Assembly (NCBI GenBank): GCA_036560185.1
Contig: DATBRS010000237.1
Span: 523-64,522, forward strand
Origin: Myxococcota bacterium
GTDB lineage: Bacteria; Myxococcota_A; UBA9160; UBA6930
Reading direction: 5' to 3'
Length of the DNA stretch: 64,000 bases
The notes beneath the pieces were generated by a model that had not been told where the DNA came from, did no database searches, and saw only the letters and a list, made by a program, of their open reading frames with translations. Below are positions 1-9,652 of this stretch, in pieces (within the stretch, counting starts at the first letter, position 1; every line of letters starts with the position of its first letter). The translations under genes were made by a program, and so were the position numbers.

Positions 1-1
1 C

Positions 2-1192
<1,191 letters not shown>

Positions 1193-1205
1193 TCGCCGCC
1201 CCCGC

Positions 1206-1270
1206 GCTTCCGCGAGAGCGGAAGCCGATTCGACGGCCCGGGAGGCTCGCGCCTCCCGGGCCGTTTCGCG
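1206..1270 (+). terminator. Two tandem GC hairpins after groEL; the second looks like a rho-independent terminator
   Basis: GCTTCCGC-GAGA-GCGGAAGC (1206..1225). 12-bp stem GGCCCGGGAGGC-TCGC-GCCTCCCGGGCC (1235..1262) followed by GTTTCGCGTT. Confidence 0.6.
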
Positions 1271-1328
1271 TTGCGGGTCAAGCGACGCCGCCGCTGCGTC
1301 GAAAACGACCGCGGAGGGGCACATCCGC

Positions 1329-2702
1329 GTGGCTGACTCGGCCGAGAGCTCGCTCTCCGACCTCGCTCACCGCTTCGCGGAGATGGGCGTGGCCGTCGAA
1401 CCCGCCCCGGGCGGGCGCTGCCTGCGCGGGAAGCTGCGCGTGTCGCTGGAGCCGTTCGTCTCGATCGAGGGCTCGCGCCGCTACGAAACGGTCTCGTTTC
1501 ACACGGTCGGTACGAACCAGGTCAAGTGCTCCGCGCCGCTCCCGTTCTTCTTCCTGCCGCTGATCGCCCTCGGTGGCTGCGCGAGCGAGGGCGAGCTGGA
1601 GGCGCGCATCCGCGTCGCCTGGGCCGCGCGGGAGCGCAACCTGCGCACGGCGGCGCACAAGCTCGCCGCGCTCGGGGTCGCAGCGAAGGCGGAGGCCGGC
1701 GGCCAGGTGCTGGCGTTCTCCCTCAGCCACGACGACGCGCAGGCATCGGCGCGCATGCTCGACGCCACCCGCGTGATCCTGCCGGGCCGCGGGCCGCTCG
1801 CGGCGCTGCGGGCCTCGTCGCCCGAGCAGCGCGTCACGCGCTTCGACAGCGGGTGGCGTCACGCTTCGGATGCCGAGATCGCCCTCACCGACCGTCTCGA
1901 GAAGCTGCGCGAGCGCCTCGCGAACGAAGCCGCGCCGCTGATCGTGCCGGCGCGCAGCCTGCCCGTCCGCGGCATCGCGCAAGGGCGCGCGCGCAGCGGG
2001 CACCGGATTCTCCTGGTCGGCCCCCAGCTCGGCCGCGATACCGGACTCGCGCGCCGGCTCGAGCAGCAGGGCTTTCGCGTGCGCGTCGAGTTCTCCGCGC
2101 ACGAGGCGCTGGAGGCGTTCCTGCACCACAGCTTCGAGCTCGTCTTTGCGGACGCCCACCTCGGGCGCTCCGAGGGCCTCGAGCTGATCTCGGACCTGCG
2201 CGCGCTGCCGGGCGTGGAGAACGTGCCCGTCGTGCTCGTGGACGATCACCTGCGCGAACCGATGCGCGACGCCGCGCGCAAGATCGGCGCGGCGGGCTAC
2301 CTCGTGCACCCGCTGGACGGCGATCGCGTCGCGCCCGGCGCCGAGCGCCTCCTGCAGTCGCGCGAGCGCCGCCGCTTCAGCCGCCTGCCGTGGCGGCTCT
2401 CGGTCCGCCTGACCGACGGGCGCGGCGCCTTCACGACCTCGATCGCGCGCCTCGGTGCCTTCATCGGCGCCGAGTGGAGCGGCCCGCTCGAATCACTGCG
2501 CCGCTGCGAGATCGAGCTACCGGAGATGGGGCGCGTGCTGCGCGTGGACGCGGAGGGCATCTACCGCGTCGATCCCGCGGGCCTACGCGGCGCGGGCATC
2601 GGCGTGCTGTTCCGCGGCTTCAGCGAGCGCGACGAGGCGGCGTGGATCACCTACCTCGGTGAACTCTTCCAGAGCCCGCTCGCGCGCGGCGGTCCCGAGT
2701 AG
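1329..2702 (+). CDS. Protein with unknown N-terminal domain, degenerate receiver (REC) domain and PilZ-like C-terminus
   Basis: 457-aa ORF with a GTG start. REC-like block HRILLVGPQ...ELVFADAHLG...VPVVLVDD...GAAGYLVHP has the acidic pair and conserved Lys replaced. The C-terminal RRRFSRLPWRLSVRL...TTSIARLGAFI resembles the PilZ RxxxR / (D/N)xSxxG region. Confidence 0.65.
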   Translation: MADSAESSLSDLAHRFAEMGVAVEPAPGGRCLRGKLRVSLEPFVSIEGSRRYETVSFHTVGTNQVKCSAPLPFFFLPLIALGGCASEGELEARIRVAWAARERNLRTAAHKLAALGVAAKAEAGGQVLAFSLSHDDAQASARMLDATRVILPGRGPLAALRASSPEQRVTRFDSGWRHASDAEIALTDRLEKLRERLANEAAPLIVPARSLPVRGIAQGRARSGHRILLVGPQLGRDTGLARRLEQQGFRVRVEFSAHEALEAFLHHSFELVFADAHLGRSEGLELISDLRALPGVENVPVVLVDDHLREPMRDAARKIGAAGYLVHPLDGDRVAPGAERLLQSRERRRFSRLPWRLSVRLTDGRGAFTTSIARLGAFIGAEWSGPLESLRRCEIELPEMGRVLRVDAEGIYRVDPAGLRGAGIGVLFRGFSERDEAAWITYLGELFQSPLARGGPE

Positions 2703-2727
2703 AGGCGCGGAGCAGCGGGCGGCGCGG

Positions 2728-2964
2728 CTACGAGACGCGCGCGCGCGCCTGAACGATGTCGCTCTCCATGATCGTCTTGCGCTTGTCCGCGGCGGCGAGC
2801 GCGTGGGCCTCGCGAGCGAGCCGCGCGATGTAGTCCTCCGCGGCGGCGACGGCCTTGTCGATGGCGTCGCCCGAGACGCGCATGCCGTCCCCGTGCTTCG
2901 CCAAGAGTCGCTTCACAACCGCATTCGGTAGATCGCTCACAGGGTCCTCCCGAGACGGGCGCAT
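2728..2964 (-). CDS. Bacterial histone-fold protein (archaeal HMf / Bdellovibrio Bd0055 HBb-like singlet)
   Basis: 78-aa ORF. LPNAVVKRLLAKHG-DGMRVSGDA-IDKAVAAAEDYIARLAREAHALAAADKRKTIMESDIVQA aligns by eye to HMfB (recalled from memory: [59 protein letters not shown]), giving helix, RVS loop, long helix, RKTI loop, helix. ATG 2964 lies 1 nt after the larC stop. An internal GTG at 2940 has a strong SD (GGGAGGA, 4-nt spacer) and would give 70 aa. Confidence 0.8.
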   Translation of the reverse strand: MRPSREDPVSDLPNAVVKRLLAKHGDGMRVSGDAIDKAVAAAEDYIARLAREAHALAAADKRKTIMESDIVQARARVS

Positions 2965-2965
2965 C

Positions 2966-4330
2966 CTACGAGCGGCGGCTCCGCGTTGTCAACGCGCGCA
3001 GCGCAGCTTCTTCCGCCGCGCGCATCACTTCTCCGAGCGGAAGCCGGCGCGCCTGGGCAATGCGCTTCGCGTCGTCGTACTCGGCGGAGGCGCTCGCTCG
3101 CCCCTGCGCGTCGTAGGCGAGCTTCACGCGCAGGCGTCCGTGGGGGGTCGCGACGCGTACGATCTCGCGCGGGAGGAGCAGGCGCTCCGCCTCCTGCACC
3201 CGCACGCCGAGCGAGCCGGTCTCGCGCAGCACGAGCTGCGCCAGCTCGCCGCGCCGGTGCGGCGGCGCGATCACCGTCAGCGCGTAGCCCGGCCGATTCT
3301 TCTTCATCTGGGCGTGGCTGAGGGCGACGTCGAGCGCCCCGGCCGCGAACAGCCGCTCCAGCGCGAGGTCGAAATGCTCGGGCACGAGGTCGTCGAGGTG
3401 CGCCGTGAGCACGCTCACGGTGTCGCGCAGCACGCCGCCGTCGTGGCCGAGCACGGCGCGCAGCACGTTCGGCATCGGGCCGGGGCGATCGTCGCCCGCC
3501 CCGTGGCCGATCGCATCGATCGTCAGCCCCGGCAGCGCGCACCACTCGTCGACGATCGTGCGCAGGATCGCGGCGCCGGTCGGCGTCACCGTCTCCCAGG
3601 CGACGGGCGCCGGCGCGACCGGCGCTCCCCGTAACAATTCGAGCACGGCCGGCGCTGGCAGCGGCAGGCGCCCGTGCGCCGTCTCGACCGTGCCGTGCCC
3701 GAGCGCGGCCGGCGTCGAGGTCACGCGCTCGACGCGCAGTAGCTCCAGCGCCAGCGCCGCGCCCGTGATGTCGACGATCGCGTCGAGCGCGCCCACCTCG
3801 TGGAAGTGAACGCGCGCGACCGGGACGTCGTGCACGCGCGCCTCGGCCTCCGCGAGCGCGGCGAAGATCGCCTGCGCGCGATCGCGCACCGCGGACGCGA
3901 GCTTCGCGCGCGCGAGCAAGCGGCGAATCTCGTCGTAGCGCCGGCCGCCGCCCACGTGCGTGTGCGCGTGATCGTGATCCCCGGCGTGGGAATGTGCGTG
4001 AGCGCCGTGGGTGTGCGAGCCGTCGCCGGCCGCGGCTCTGATACGTCGTGCCTTGGGACGCCTGCGCTCCACACTGCGCGCGATCACCTCGACGTAGCGC
4101 GCTGCGAGCGCGCCGCGTTTCACTCGGGTGACGCGCAGCCGATGCGCGATGCCGAGGCCCGCGAGCCCGGCCTCGAGCTCGCGCAGCGGCAGCCCGGCGT
4201 CGAGCAGCGCGCCGAGGAACATGTTCCCCGAGATCCCGGAGAACGTGTCGAGGTGGAGCACGGTGCGCGGCCGTGCGCCGGCGTGGCCCGGCGCCGCGAC
4301 GCGCGACTTCGGCTGGCGGCGCTTCGCCAC
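2966..4330 (-). CDS. larC: Nickel-pincer cofactor biosynthesis protein LarC (DUF111 nickel insertion / cyclometallase)
   Basis: 454 aa with a GTG start. N-terminal LDTFSGISGNMFLGALLDAGL. His-rich metal-binding stretch HTHGAHAHSHAGDHDHAHTH. Length is typical of LarC. Confidence 0.9.
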   Translation of the reverse strand: MAKRRQPKSRVAAPGHAGARPRTVLHLDTFSGISGNMFLGALLDAGLPLRELEAGLAGLGIAHRLRVTRVKRGALAARYVEVIARSVERRRPKARRIRAAAGDGSHTHGAHAHSHAGDHDHAHTHVGGGRRYDEIRRLLARAKLASAVRDRAQAIFAALAEAEARVHDVPVARVHFHEVGALDAIVDITGAALALELLRVERVTSTPAALGHGTVETAHGRLPLPAPAVLELLRGAPVAPAPVAWETVTPTGAAILRTIVDEWCALPGLTIDAIGHGAGDDRPGPMPNVLRAVLGHDGGVLRDTVSVLTAHLDDLVPEHFDLALERLFAAGALDVALSHAQMKKNRPGYALTVIAPPHRRGELAQLVLRETGSLGVRVQEAERLLLPREIVRVATPHGRLRVKLAYDAQGRASASAEYDDAKRIAQARRLPLGEVMRAAEEAALRALTTRSRRS

Positions 4331-4331
4331 G

Positions 4332-5081
4332 TCAGCTCCGATTGATCAGCGACGCGACCACGGCCGCGCCGAAGCCGTTGTCGATGTTCACGACCGAGAC
4401 GTTCGAGGCGCAGCTCGACAGCATCCCGAGCAGCGCCGCGAGCCCGCCATAAGAAGCGCCGTACCCGATGCTGGTCGGCACCGCGATCACCGGGCGCGCG
4501 ACCAGCCCGCCCACCACCGAGGGCAGCGCGCCCTCCATGCCCGCGATCGCGATCAGGACGCGCGCGGCGCGCAGCGCTTCCGACTCCGCGAGCAGGCGGT
4601 GCAGGCCCGCGACGCCGACGTCCGCGATCAGCTCGACCTTGTTGCCGAGCTTCGCCGCGACGGCGGCGGCCTCGCGCGCGACCGGCAGATCCGCGGTGCC
4701 CGCGCACACCACGACGATCGTGCCGACACCCGTGATCGCGACCTCCGCGGGCCCGTACCAGAGCAGGCGCGCGCCTGGGTCGTAGTCCCCGATCGGCTCG
4801 AGCGTGAGCACGCGCTCCGCGGCGGCGTGCTCGACACGCGTGACGAGCGCCGTCTGCCCGGCCGCGCGCAGCGTGCGCACGATGCTCGCGATCTGCTCCG
4901 GCGTCTTCCCCAGCCCGAACACCACCTCCGGCATGCCCTGCCGCAGCGCGCGATGCGTGTCGACGCGCGCGTGCTCGGAAGCGACGAAGGGAAGCTGCGC
5001 GAAGTGTTCGAGCGCGTCGTCCGTCGACAGCGCACCGTCTCGGACGGCTTCGAGCAGCGCGCGTACGCGATCGGGATTCAT
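4332..5081 (-). CDS. larB: Nickel-pincer cofactor biosynthesis protein LarB (PurE-like NaAD carboxylase/hydrolase)
   Basis: 249 aa. PurE-like core VVCAGTADLPVAREAA...AIAGMEGALPSVVGGL...VIAVPTSIGYGAS. The stop lies 1 nt before the larC start. Confidence 0.9.
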   Translation of the reverse strand: MNPDRVRALLEAVRDGALSTDDALEHFAQLPFVASEHARVDTHRALRQGMPEVVFGLGKTPEQIASIVRTLRAAGQTALVTRVEHAAAERVLTLEPIGDYDPGARLLWYGPAEVAITGVGTIVVVCAGTADLPVAREAAAVAAKLGNKVELIADVGVAGLHRLLAESEALRAARVLIAIAGMEGALPSVVGGLVARPVIAVPTSIGYGASYGGLAALLGMLSSCASNVSVVNIDNGFGAAVVASLINRS

Positions 5082-5133
5082 CTCGCTTCACCCACTTCGC
5101 GCGGCGCGCGAACCGAGTGAATAGCCGAGCGAG

Positions 5134-5721
5134 CTAGGCGATCGCCTCGGGCGCCCAGACGAGCAGCGCGCGCAGCACGTCTCCGCGGTCGAACAGCTCG
5201 ACTTCGATGCACAACACCGGGCGCTCGCCCGCGCGCTCCGCCACGCCGGCGGCGAAGGCGCCGGTGCCGTCGACGAGCGCCAGCTGCGGCGGCGACGGCA
5301 GCACCACGACGCCGAGCAGTTCGCCGATCGCGGAGAGCGCGTGCGACGCGAGGATGTTGCCCACTTCGCGCAGCGCCGACTCCGCCTGCAGCGGCGCGCC
5401 GGCAGATTCTCCGAGCAGCATCCGAAGCAGCGCGCCGCGGCTCGCGGGCGTGAGCAGCAGCGCGAGCGTGCCGCCGAGCCCGCCAACGACGTCGAACAGA
5501 ACTCCCGTGCCTTCGCGCGCCTCGCAGCCGAGCCGCGCCGCAAGCTCGGCCCCACGGTCGCCCGCCTCGAGCAGGCGCGCGGCCGGCAGGCCCATCTCGA
5601 TCGGCCGAGCGAGCAACGTCGCGAGTGCGCCGGCGGCGTGCCCGGCCCCGATGCTGGTGAGCTCGCACAGCCGGTCGACCGCGCGCGCCTGGGCTTCGTC
5701 GTGGTGGGCCGCGGCGGTCAT
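5134..5721 (-). CDS. CheC-like chemotaxis phosphatase family protein
   Basis: 195 aa. CheC-type motif SALREVGN followed about 20 aa later by P (LPSPP). A first, degenerate copy is DRLCELTSIG. The start overlaps the cheA stop by 4 nt (ATGA). Confidence 0.75.
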   Translation of the reverse strand: MTAAAHHDEAQARAVDRLCELTSIGAGHAAGALATLLARPIEMGLPAARLLEAGDRGAELAARLGCEAREGTGVLFDVVGGLGGTLALLLTPASRGALLRMLLGESAGAPLQAESALREVGNILASHALSAIGELLGVVVLPSPPQLALVDGTGAFAAGVAERAGERPVLCIEVELFDRGDVLRALLVWAPEAIA

Positions 5722-7345
5722 GCGAGCGGGTTCAGGTCCAGCAAGAACACCGGCACGCCGTCGGAAAGAACCGTCAGGCCGGCCAAGCCGCGCGCGCGCG
5801 CCAGCAGGCGCGGCAGCGGCTTCACGGTGAGCTCGCGCTGGCCGTACAAGCGCTCCACGAGCAGGCCGACGCGCTCCTCGCGTACCTCGGCGAGCACGAG
5901 CGGCGCGACTCCCGTCTCGCGCCGGGCGCCGAAGCCGAGGCGCTCCGCGAGGTCGATCACGAGCAGCGGCGCATCCTCGACGATCGCGAAGCGCTCGCGG
6001 CCCGCGTCCTCGATGGTCGCCGCGTCGACTTCGACGACGCGCTCCACTTTCGCGATCGGCAGCGCGACGATCTCTCCCGCCACGCCGAGCAGCAGCATGC
6101 GCTGCACGGCGGCGGTCACCGGCACGAGCAGCACCGTCGTCGTGCCGAGGCCCGGCTGCGAGGCGAGCTCGACGCTGCCGCCCAGCGCCTCGATCGTCGC
6201 CTTGACCGCGTCCATGCCGACGCCGCGGCCGGAGATCTTCGAGACCTCGCCCGCGGTCGAGAGGCCCGGCCGGAAGACGAGCGCGGCGATCTGATCGGGC
6301 GGTAGGTCGTCCGCGAGGTCGCTGTGCAGGAGGCCTGCCTCGATCGCGCGGCGCTTCACCTTCTCGAGATCGATGCCGCGGCCGTCGTCGCTCACCGCGA
6401 TGCGCACGTGGTCGCGATCGCGGCGCGCGTCGATCACGATGCGGCCCGCCGCGGGCTTGCCCGCGAGCGCGCGCGCGTCGGGCGTCTCGAGGCCGTGATC
6501 GACCGCGTTGCGCACGAGGTGCACGAGCGGATCGCCGATGCGATCGAGGATCGCGCGATCGAGCTCGAGCTCGGCACCGCGCAGCTCGACGTCGACCTGC
6601 TTGCCGAGCTCCCGGGCAATCTCGCGCGCGAGCCGCGGCAACGGCTCGACCGCGCGTAGCAACGGCGCGGTGCGCAGCCCGAGGCCGCGGCGCTGCAAGT
6701 CGGCGACGACGCGATCCATGCGGTCGAGGCCCGCGACCAGCTCCGCCGAGGCGCCGCGCTCGCGCTGCGCCATGCCGCGCAGCTGGCTCGACGAGAGCAC
6801 CACTTCACCGACCGACGAGAGGAAGCGATCCAGCGTCTCCGCGCGCACGCGCAGCGTCGGCGCGGGCGCAGCCGCGGTCGGTGCTGAAGCGGGGGGCGCT
6901 GGCGCGACCGGCTCGAGGGGCGCGGCGTCGCTGGCGACAGCGGCCGCGCTCAGGCTTTTTTTGGCGGCGGCCCGCTCGGCGCGCCGGACAGCTCGGCGAT
7001 CAGTCCGGGATCCGCGGCGGGCGGTTCCCCGGTTGCGCGCAGCGCGCCGACCATGCGCTCGAGGCCTTCGAGCGCGCGGAACAGCAGTGCGCTCGCGCGT
7101 GCGTCCACGCTGCCGGCGGCGCGCTGGCTCGCGAGCAGGTCTTCGAGGCGATGCGCGAGCTCGGTGGGGCCCTGATAATCGAGCGAGGCCGCCATGCCCT
7201 TGATCGAGTGGGCCATGCGGAAGGCGACGTCGATCGCCTCCGCGTCGGCGGCGTTCTTCTCGAGCGCGAGCAGCGCGCGGCTCAGGTCCGCCAGGTGCTC
7301 GGTCGCTTCCTCGAGGAACAGCGCTCGGTACTTGGCGAGGTCCAT
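5718..7345 (-). CDS. cheA: Chemotaxis histidine kinase CheA, interrupted: P1/Hpt in one frame (7345..6950), P3-P4-P5 in the -1 frame (6956..5718)
   Basis: The Hpt ORF (131 aa) has the H-box FRMAHSIKGMAASL. The second frame carries the dimerisation, HATPase (DPLVHLVRNAVDHG, GRGVGMD) and CheW-like P5 domains. The frames meet at an A7 run (6956..6962). A -1 shift gives a fused product of about 542 aa with junction GPPPKK/SLSAAAV. Confidence 0.85.
6920..6962 (-). other. Candidate -1 frameshift cassette inside cheA (or a homopolymer assembly error)
   Basis: Minus strand reads CC A AAA AAA GCC TGA. The zero-frame heptamer is A_AAA_AAA (6962..6956) with the stop 2 codons later. After the 6-nt spacer GCCTGA comes the hairpin GCGCGGC(6949..6943)-CGCT-GTCGC-CA-GCGAC-GCCGCGC(6926..6920). 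Confidence 0.4.
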
Positions 7346-7493
7346 TTGGGTTGGGCTCCGTTCGCCTGGGGCTCACTGCGCGCGGTCTGCGCCGCTTGTC
7401 GCGGCGCGGGCCGCTTGCGGCTTCTCGAGCTGCGGTCGACCGCTGCGCCGCCTTGTCGCTTCCGAGCCCGAGGGCAGTCGTGCGCGCTCTCGA

Positions 7494-7862
7494 CTACTCG
7501 GACTTCTCGACGACCTTCGCGAGCGTCGTGATCACGGCGTCGGGCTTGAAGGGCTTCACGATGAAGTCCTTGGCGCCCGCTTGAATCGCCTCCATCACGA
7601 GCGTCTCCTGGCCGAGCGCGCTGCACATCACGATCGTCGCGCTGGAATCCTCGGAGCGGATCGTGCGCACGGCATCGATGCCCGAGCGCTTCGGCATCAC
7701 GATGTCCATCATCACCAGATCGGGCCGCAGCTTGCGGAACTTGTCGACGACCTCGACACCGTCGGAAGCTTCGCCGACCACCTCGTAGCCCTCGGGCTCG
7801 ATGATGTCGCGAATCATCTGACGCATGAACGACGCGTCGTCTGCGATTAGGACCCTCTTCAT
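7494..7862 (-). CDS. cheY: Chemotaxis response regulator CheY
   Basis: 122-aa single REC domain: MKRVLIADDASFMR...DLVMMDIVMP...IVMCSA...AKDFIVKPF. Confidence 0.95.
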   Translation of the reverse strand: MKRVLIADDASFMRQMIRDIIEPEGYEVVGEASDGVEVVDKFRKLRPDLVMMDIVMPKRSGIDAVRTIRSEDSSATIVMCSALGQETLVMEAIQAGAKDFIVKPFKPDAVITTLAKVVEKSE

Positions 7863-7879
7863 TGCGTTTCTCCCTGCGG

Positions 7880-8329
7880 CTACTCGCCGCTCAGCGATCC
7901 CTCGACCAACATCAATGCGCGCGCCAGCAGGCGGCGCGGATCGAGCACGTTCAGCACGCGGCCCTCGTGCGGCCGGCGCTCCGCCACCGGGCTGTCGCTG
8001 TGCGACGGCGCGGCGCCGCCGGCCACGAGGCCCAAGATGCGGTCGACCGGCAATCCGTAGCGGTCGGGGTCGTCGGCATCGCCGGCGAGCACGAGCAGGC
8101 GCGTGGGCGCGCTCTCGCCCGAGAACTCGAGCAGTGCGCCGGCGAACACGACCGGCAAGGCATCGCCGTGGTGGTTCACCACGCCAAAGCTCGCGCGCGG
8201 CAGCATCGGCACCGGCGCGACACGCGCGCTCTCCGCGACCTCGACGACGCCGGAGATCGGCAGCGCGAACAGCGCCTCGCCGAGCTCGAAGGCGAGCAGA
8301 CGATTCTCGCTGACGTCGAGCGAGCTCAT
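7880..8329 (-). CDS. cheW: Chemotaxis coupling protein CheW
   Basis: C-terminal 149 aa of track ORF 7880..9613, starting at [25 protein letters not shown]. CheW-like fold sequence. Its ATG overlaps the mcp stop (ATGA, 8326..8329). Confidence 0.9.
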   Translation of the reverse strand: MSSLDVSENRLLAFELGEALFALPISGVVEVAESARVAPVPMLPRASFGVVNHHGDALPVVFAGALLEFSGESAPTRLLVLAGDADDPDRYGLPVDRILGLVAGGAAPSHSDSPVAERRPHEGRVLNVLDPRRLLARALMLVEGSLSGE

Positions 8330-9591
8330 CGCGTGCCCCCTTGGCGCGCGCGCTGCGTGGCGTCGGCGAGCTCGCGCGCGACCGCAGCCAGCTCCCGCGA
8401 CGATTCCGCGATCTCCGCCATTGCCTCGATCTGTCGCTCCGCGGCGCCCGCCACGAGATCGACGGACGTGACGTGCGCCGAAGCGACTTCGGCGACCTCG
8501 CTGATCGCCGCCACCATGCGCTCGGCGCCCTGAGTCTGCACGTCGGCCTGCTCGAAGATCTCCTCGGCGCGGGACGACGCCTCGCCGACGGCGGCCTGAA
8601 TCTGCCCGAGCGAATGCGCGATCGTGTTCACGTCGTCGCGGCCTTCGGCGATCACCTGGCCCGAGTGGCGCATCTCGTCGGCGACGTTGTGCGTGTCGCT
8701 CTCGATCTCGCCGACCAGCTTCGAGATTTCGTCGGCGCTGCGCTGCGCGCTCTCGGCGAGCTTGCGAATCTCGTCGGCGACGACCGCGAAGCCGCGCCCC
8801 GCTTCGCCGGCGCGCGCGGCCTCGATCGACGCGTTCAGCGACAGCAGGTTGGTGCGCGACGCGACGCTCGTGATCAGCTCGGTGATCTGGTGCACGTGCC
8901 GCGTCTTCGCCTCGAGCTCGAAGACCATCTTGCCGGTGTTGTCCATGCGCTCGAACACGTTGCGCATCTTCTCGATCGCGAGGCGCGAGACGTCGACGCC
9001 GGAGTTCGCCTTCTGATTCGCCTCGGCCGCGAATCCGAACGCCTCGCGGGCGCGCGACGCGTTCGCCTCGATCGCCGAGGCGATCTCGGCGGACAGCCGC
9101 TGCACGTCGGCGAGCAGCGTCTTCTTGTTCTCGCTGCCCTTCGCGAGCTCGCCGATCGTCTCGGCGATCTCGCGCGCGGTCGCGTCGGCGCGCTTCCCGC
9201 CCGAGGCGAACCCGTCGACGGCGCGCTGCAGGCCTTCCGATACCGCCTGTGCGTCGCGCGAGAGCGCACCCAAGCGGTCGCCTAACAACGCGGCGCCCGC
9301 GGCCAGCTCGTGGGCCTCGTCTTCGACGCCGGAGGCCGCGCCCAGCGCGTCCAGCGCGGCGTAGTCCCCGCGCGACGCGCGGCGCACCAGCTGCGCGGCA
9401 TGCGCGTGCTCGCTGACGAGCCGGCTGCCCAGCGCCGCACCCGTCGCGCCGCCCACGATCACGGCGAGCGCGTTGAGCAGCGCCGCGTCGCCAGAAATCC
9501 CGAGCGCGTGCGCGAGCGTGGGCACGGCCAACGCCGTTCCGGCAGCCGCCAGCGAGCCGAGGGCGAACTTGTGGACGAGGGAGAGACGCAC
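8326..9591 (-). CDS. Methyl-accepting chemotaxis protein with a membrane hairpin and no periplasmic sensor domain
   Basis: Highly conserved MCP signalling core [35 protein letters not shown]. The upstream part of track ORF 8326..10062 overlaps thiL out of frame and is Arg/Ser-rich. The proposed start is the GTG at 9591 ([18 protein letters not shown]...). The start is uncertain. Confidence 0.85.
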   Translation of the reverse strand: MRLSLVHKFALGSLAAAGTALAVPTLAHALGISGDAALLNALAVIVGGATGAALGSRLVSEHAHAAQLVRRASRGDYAALDALGAASGVEDEAHELAAGAALLGDRLGALSRDAQAVSEGLQRAVDGFASGGKRADATAREIAETIGELAKGSENKKTLLADVQRLSAEIASAIEANASRAREAFGFAAEANQKANSGVDVSRLAIEKMRNVFERMDNTGKMVFELEAKTRHVHQITELITSVASRTNLLSLNASIEAARAGEAGRGFAVVADEIRKLAESAQRSADEISKLVGEIESDTHNVADEMRHSGQVIAEGRDDVNTIAHSLGQIQAAVGEASSRAEEIFEQADVQTQGAERMVAAISEVAEVASAHVTSVDLVAGAAERQIEAMAEIAESSRELAAVARELADATQRARQGGTR

Positions 9592-9652
9592 GGCGTGCGT
9601 ATCGGCGCGGCAACCGAGGCGCTTGACGCCCCTGGGCGGGTTTCCGCCTCGG

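Noticed and set aside
6963-7376. Upstream part of ORF 5718..7376 as the real CheA N-terminus (a kinase lacking Hpt).
   Set aside because: That stretch (MSPRRTEPNPNGPRQ...) is Arg/Pro-rich and overlaps the well-formed Hpt domain ORF 6950..7345 in the other frame. The Hpt frame is the coding one upstream of the A7 run.
7880-9613. N-terminal extensions of track ORFs taken at face value. Examples: the 577-aa 'CheW', 753-aa 'GrpE', 919-aa TPR protein, 623-aa beta-lactamase, 444-aa ParA, 659-aa bEBP and 1009-aa PlsB.
   Set aside because: The extensions overlap the upstream gene in another frame and have off-frame composition. Internal ATG/GTG starts with SD sequences or stop-start overlaps give proteins of family-typical length.
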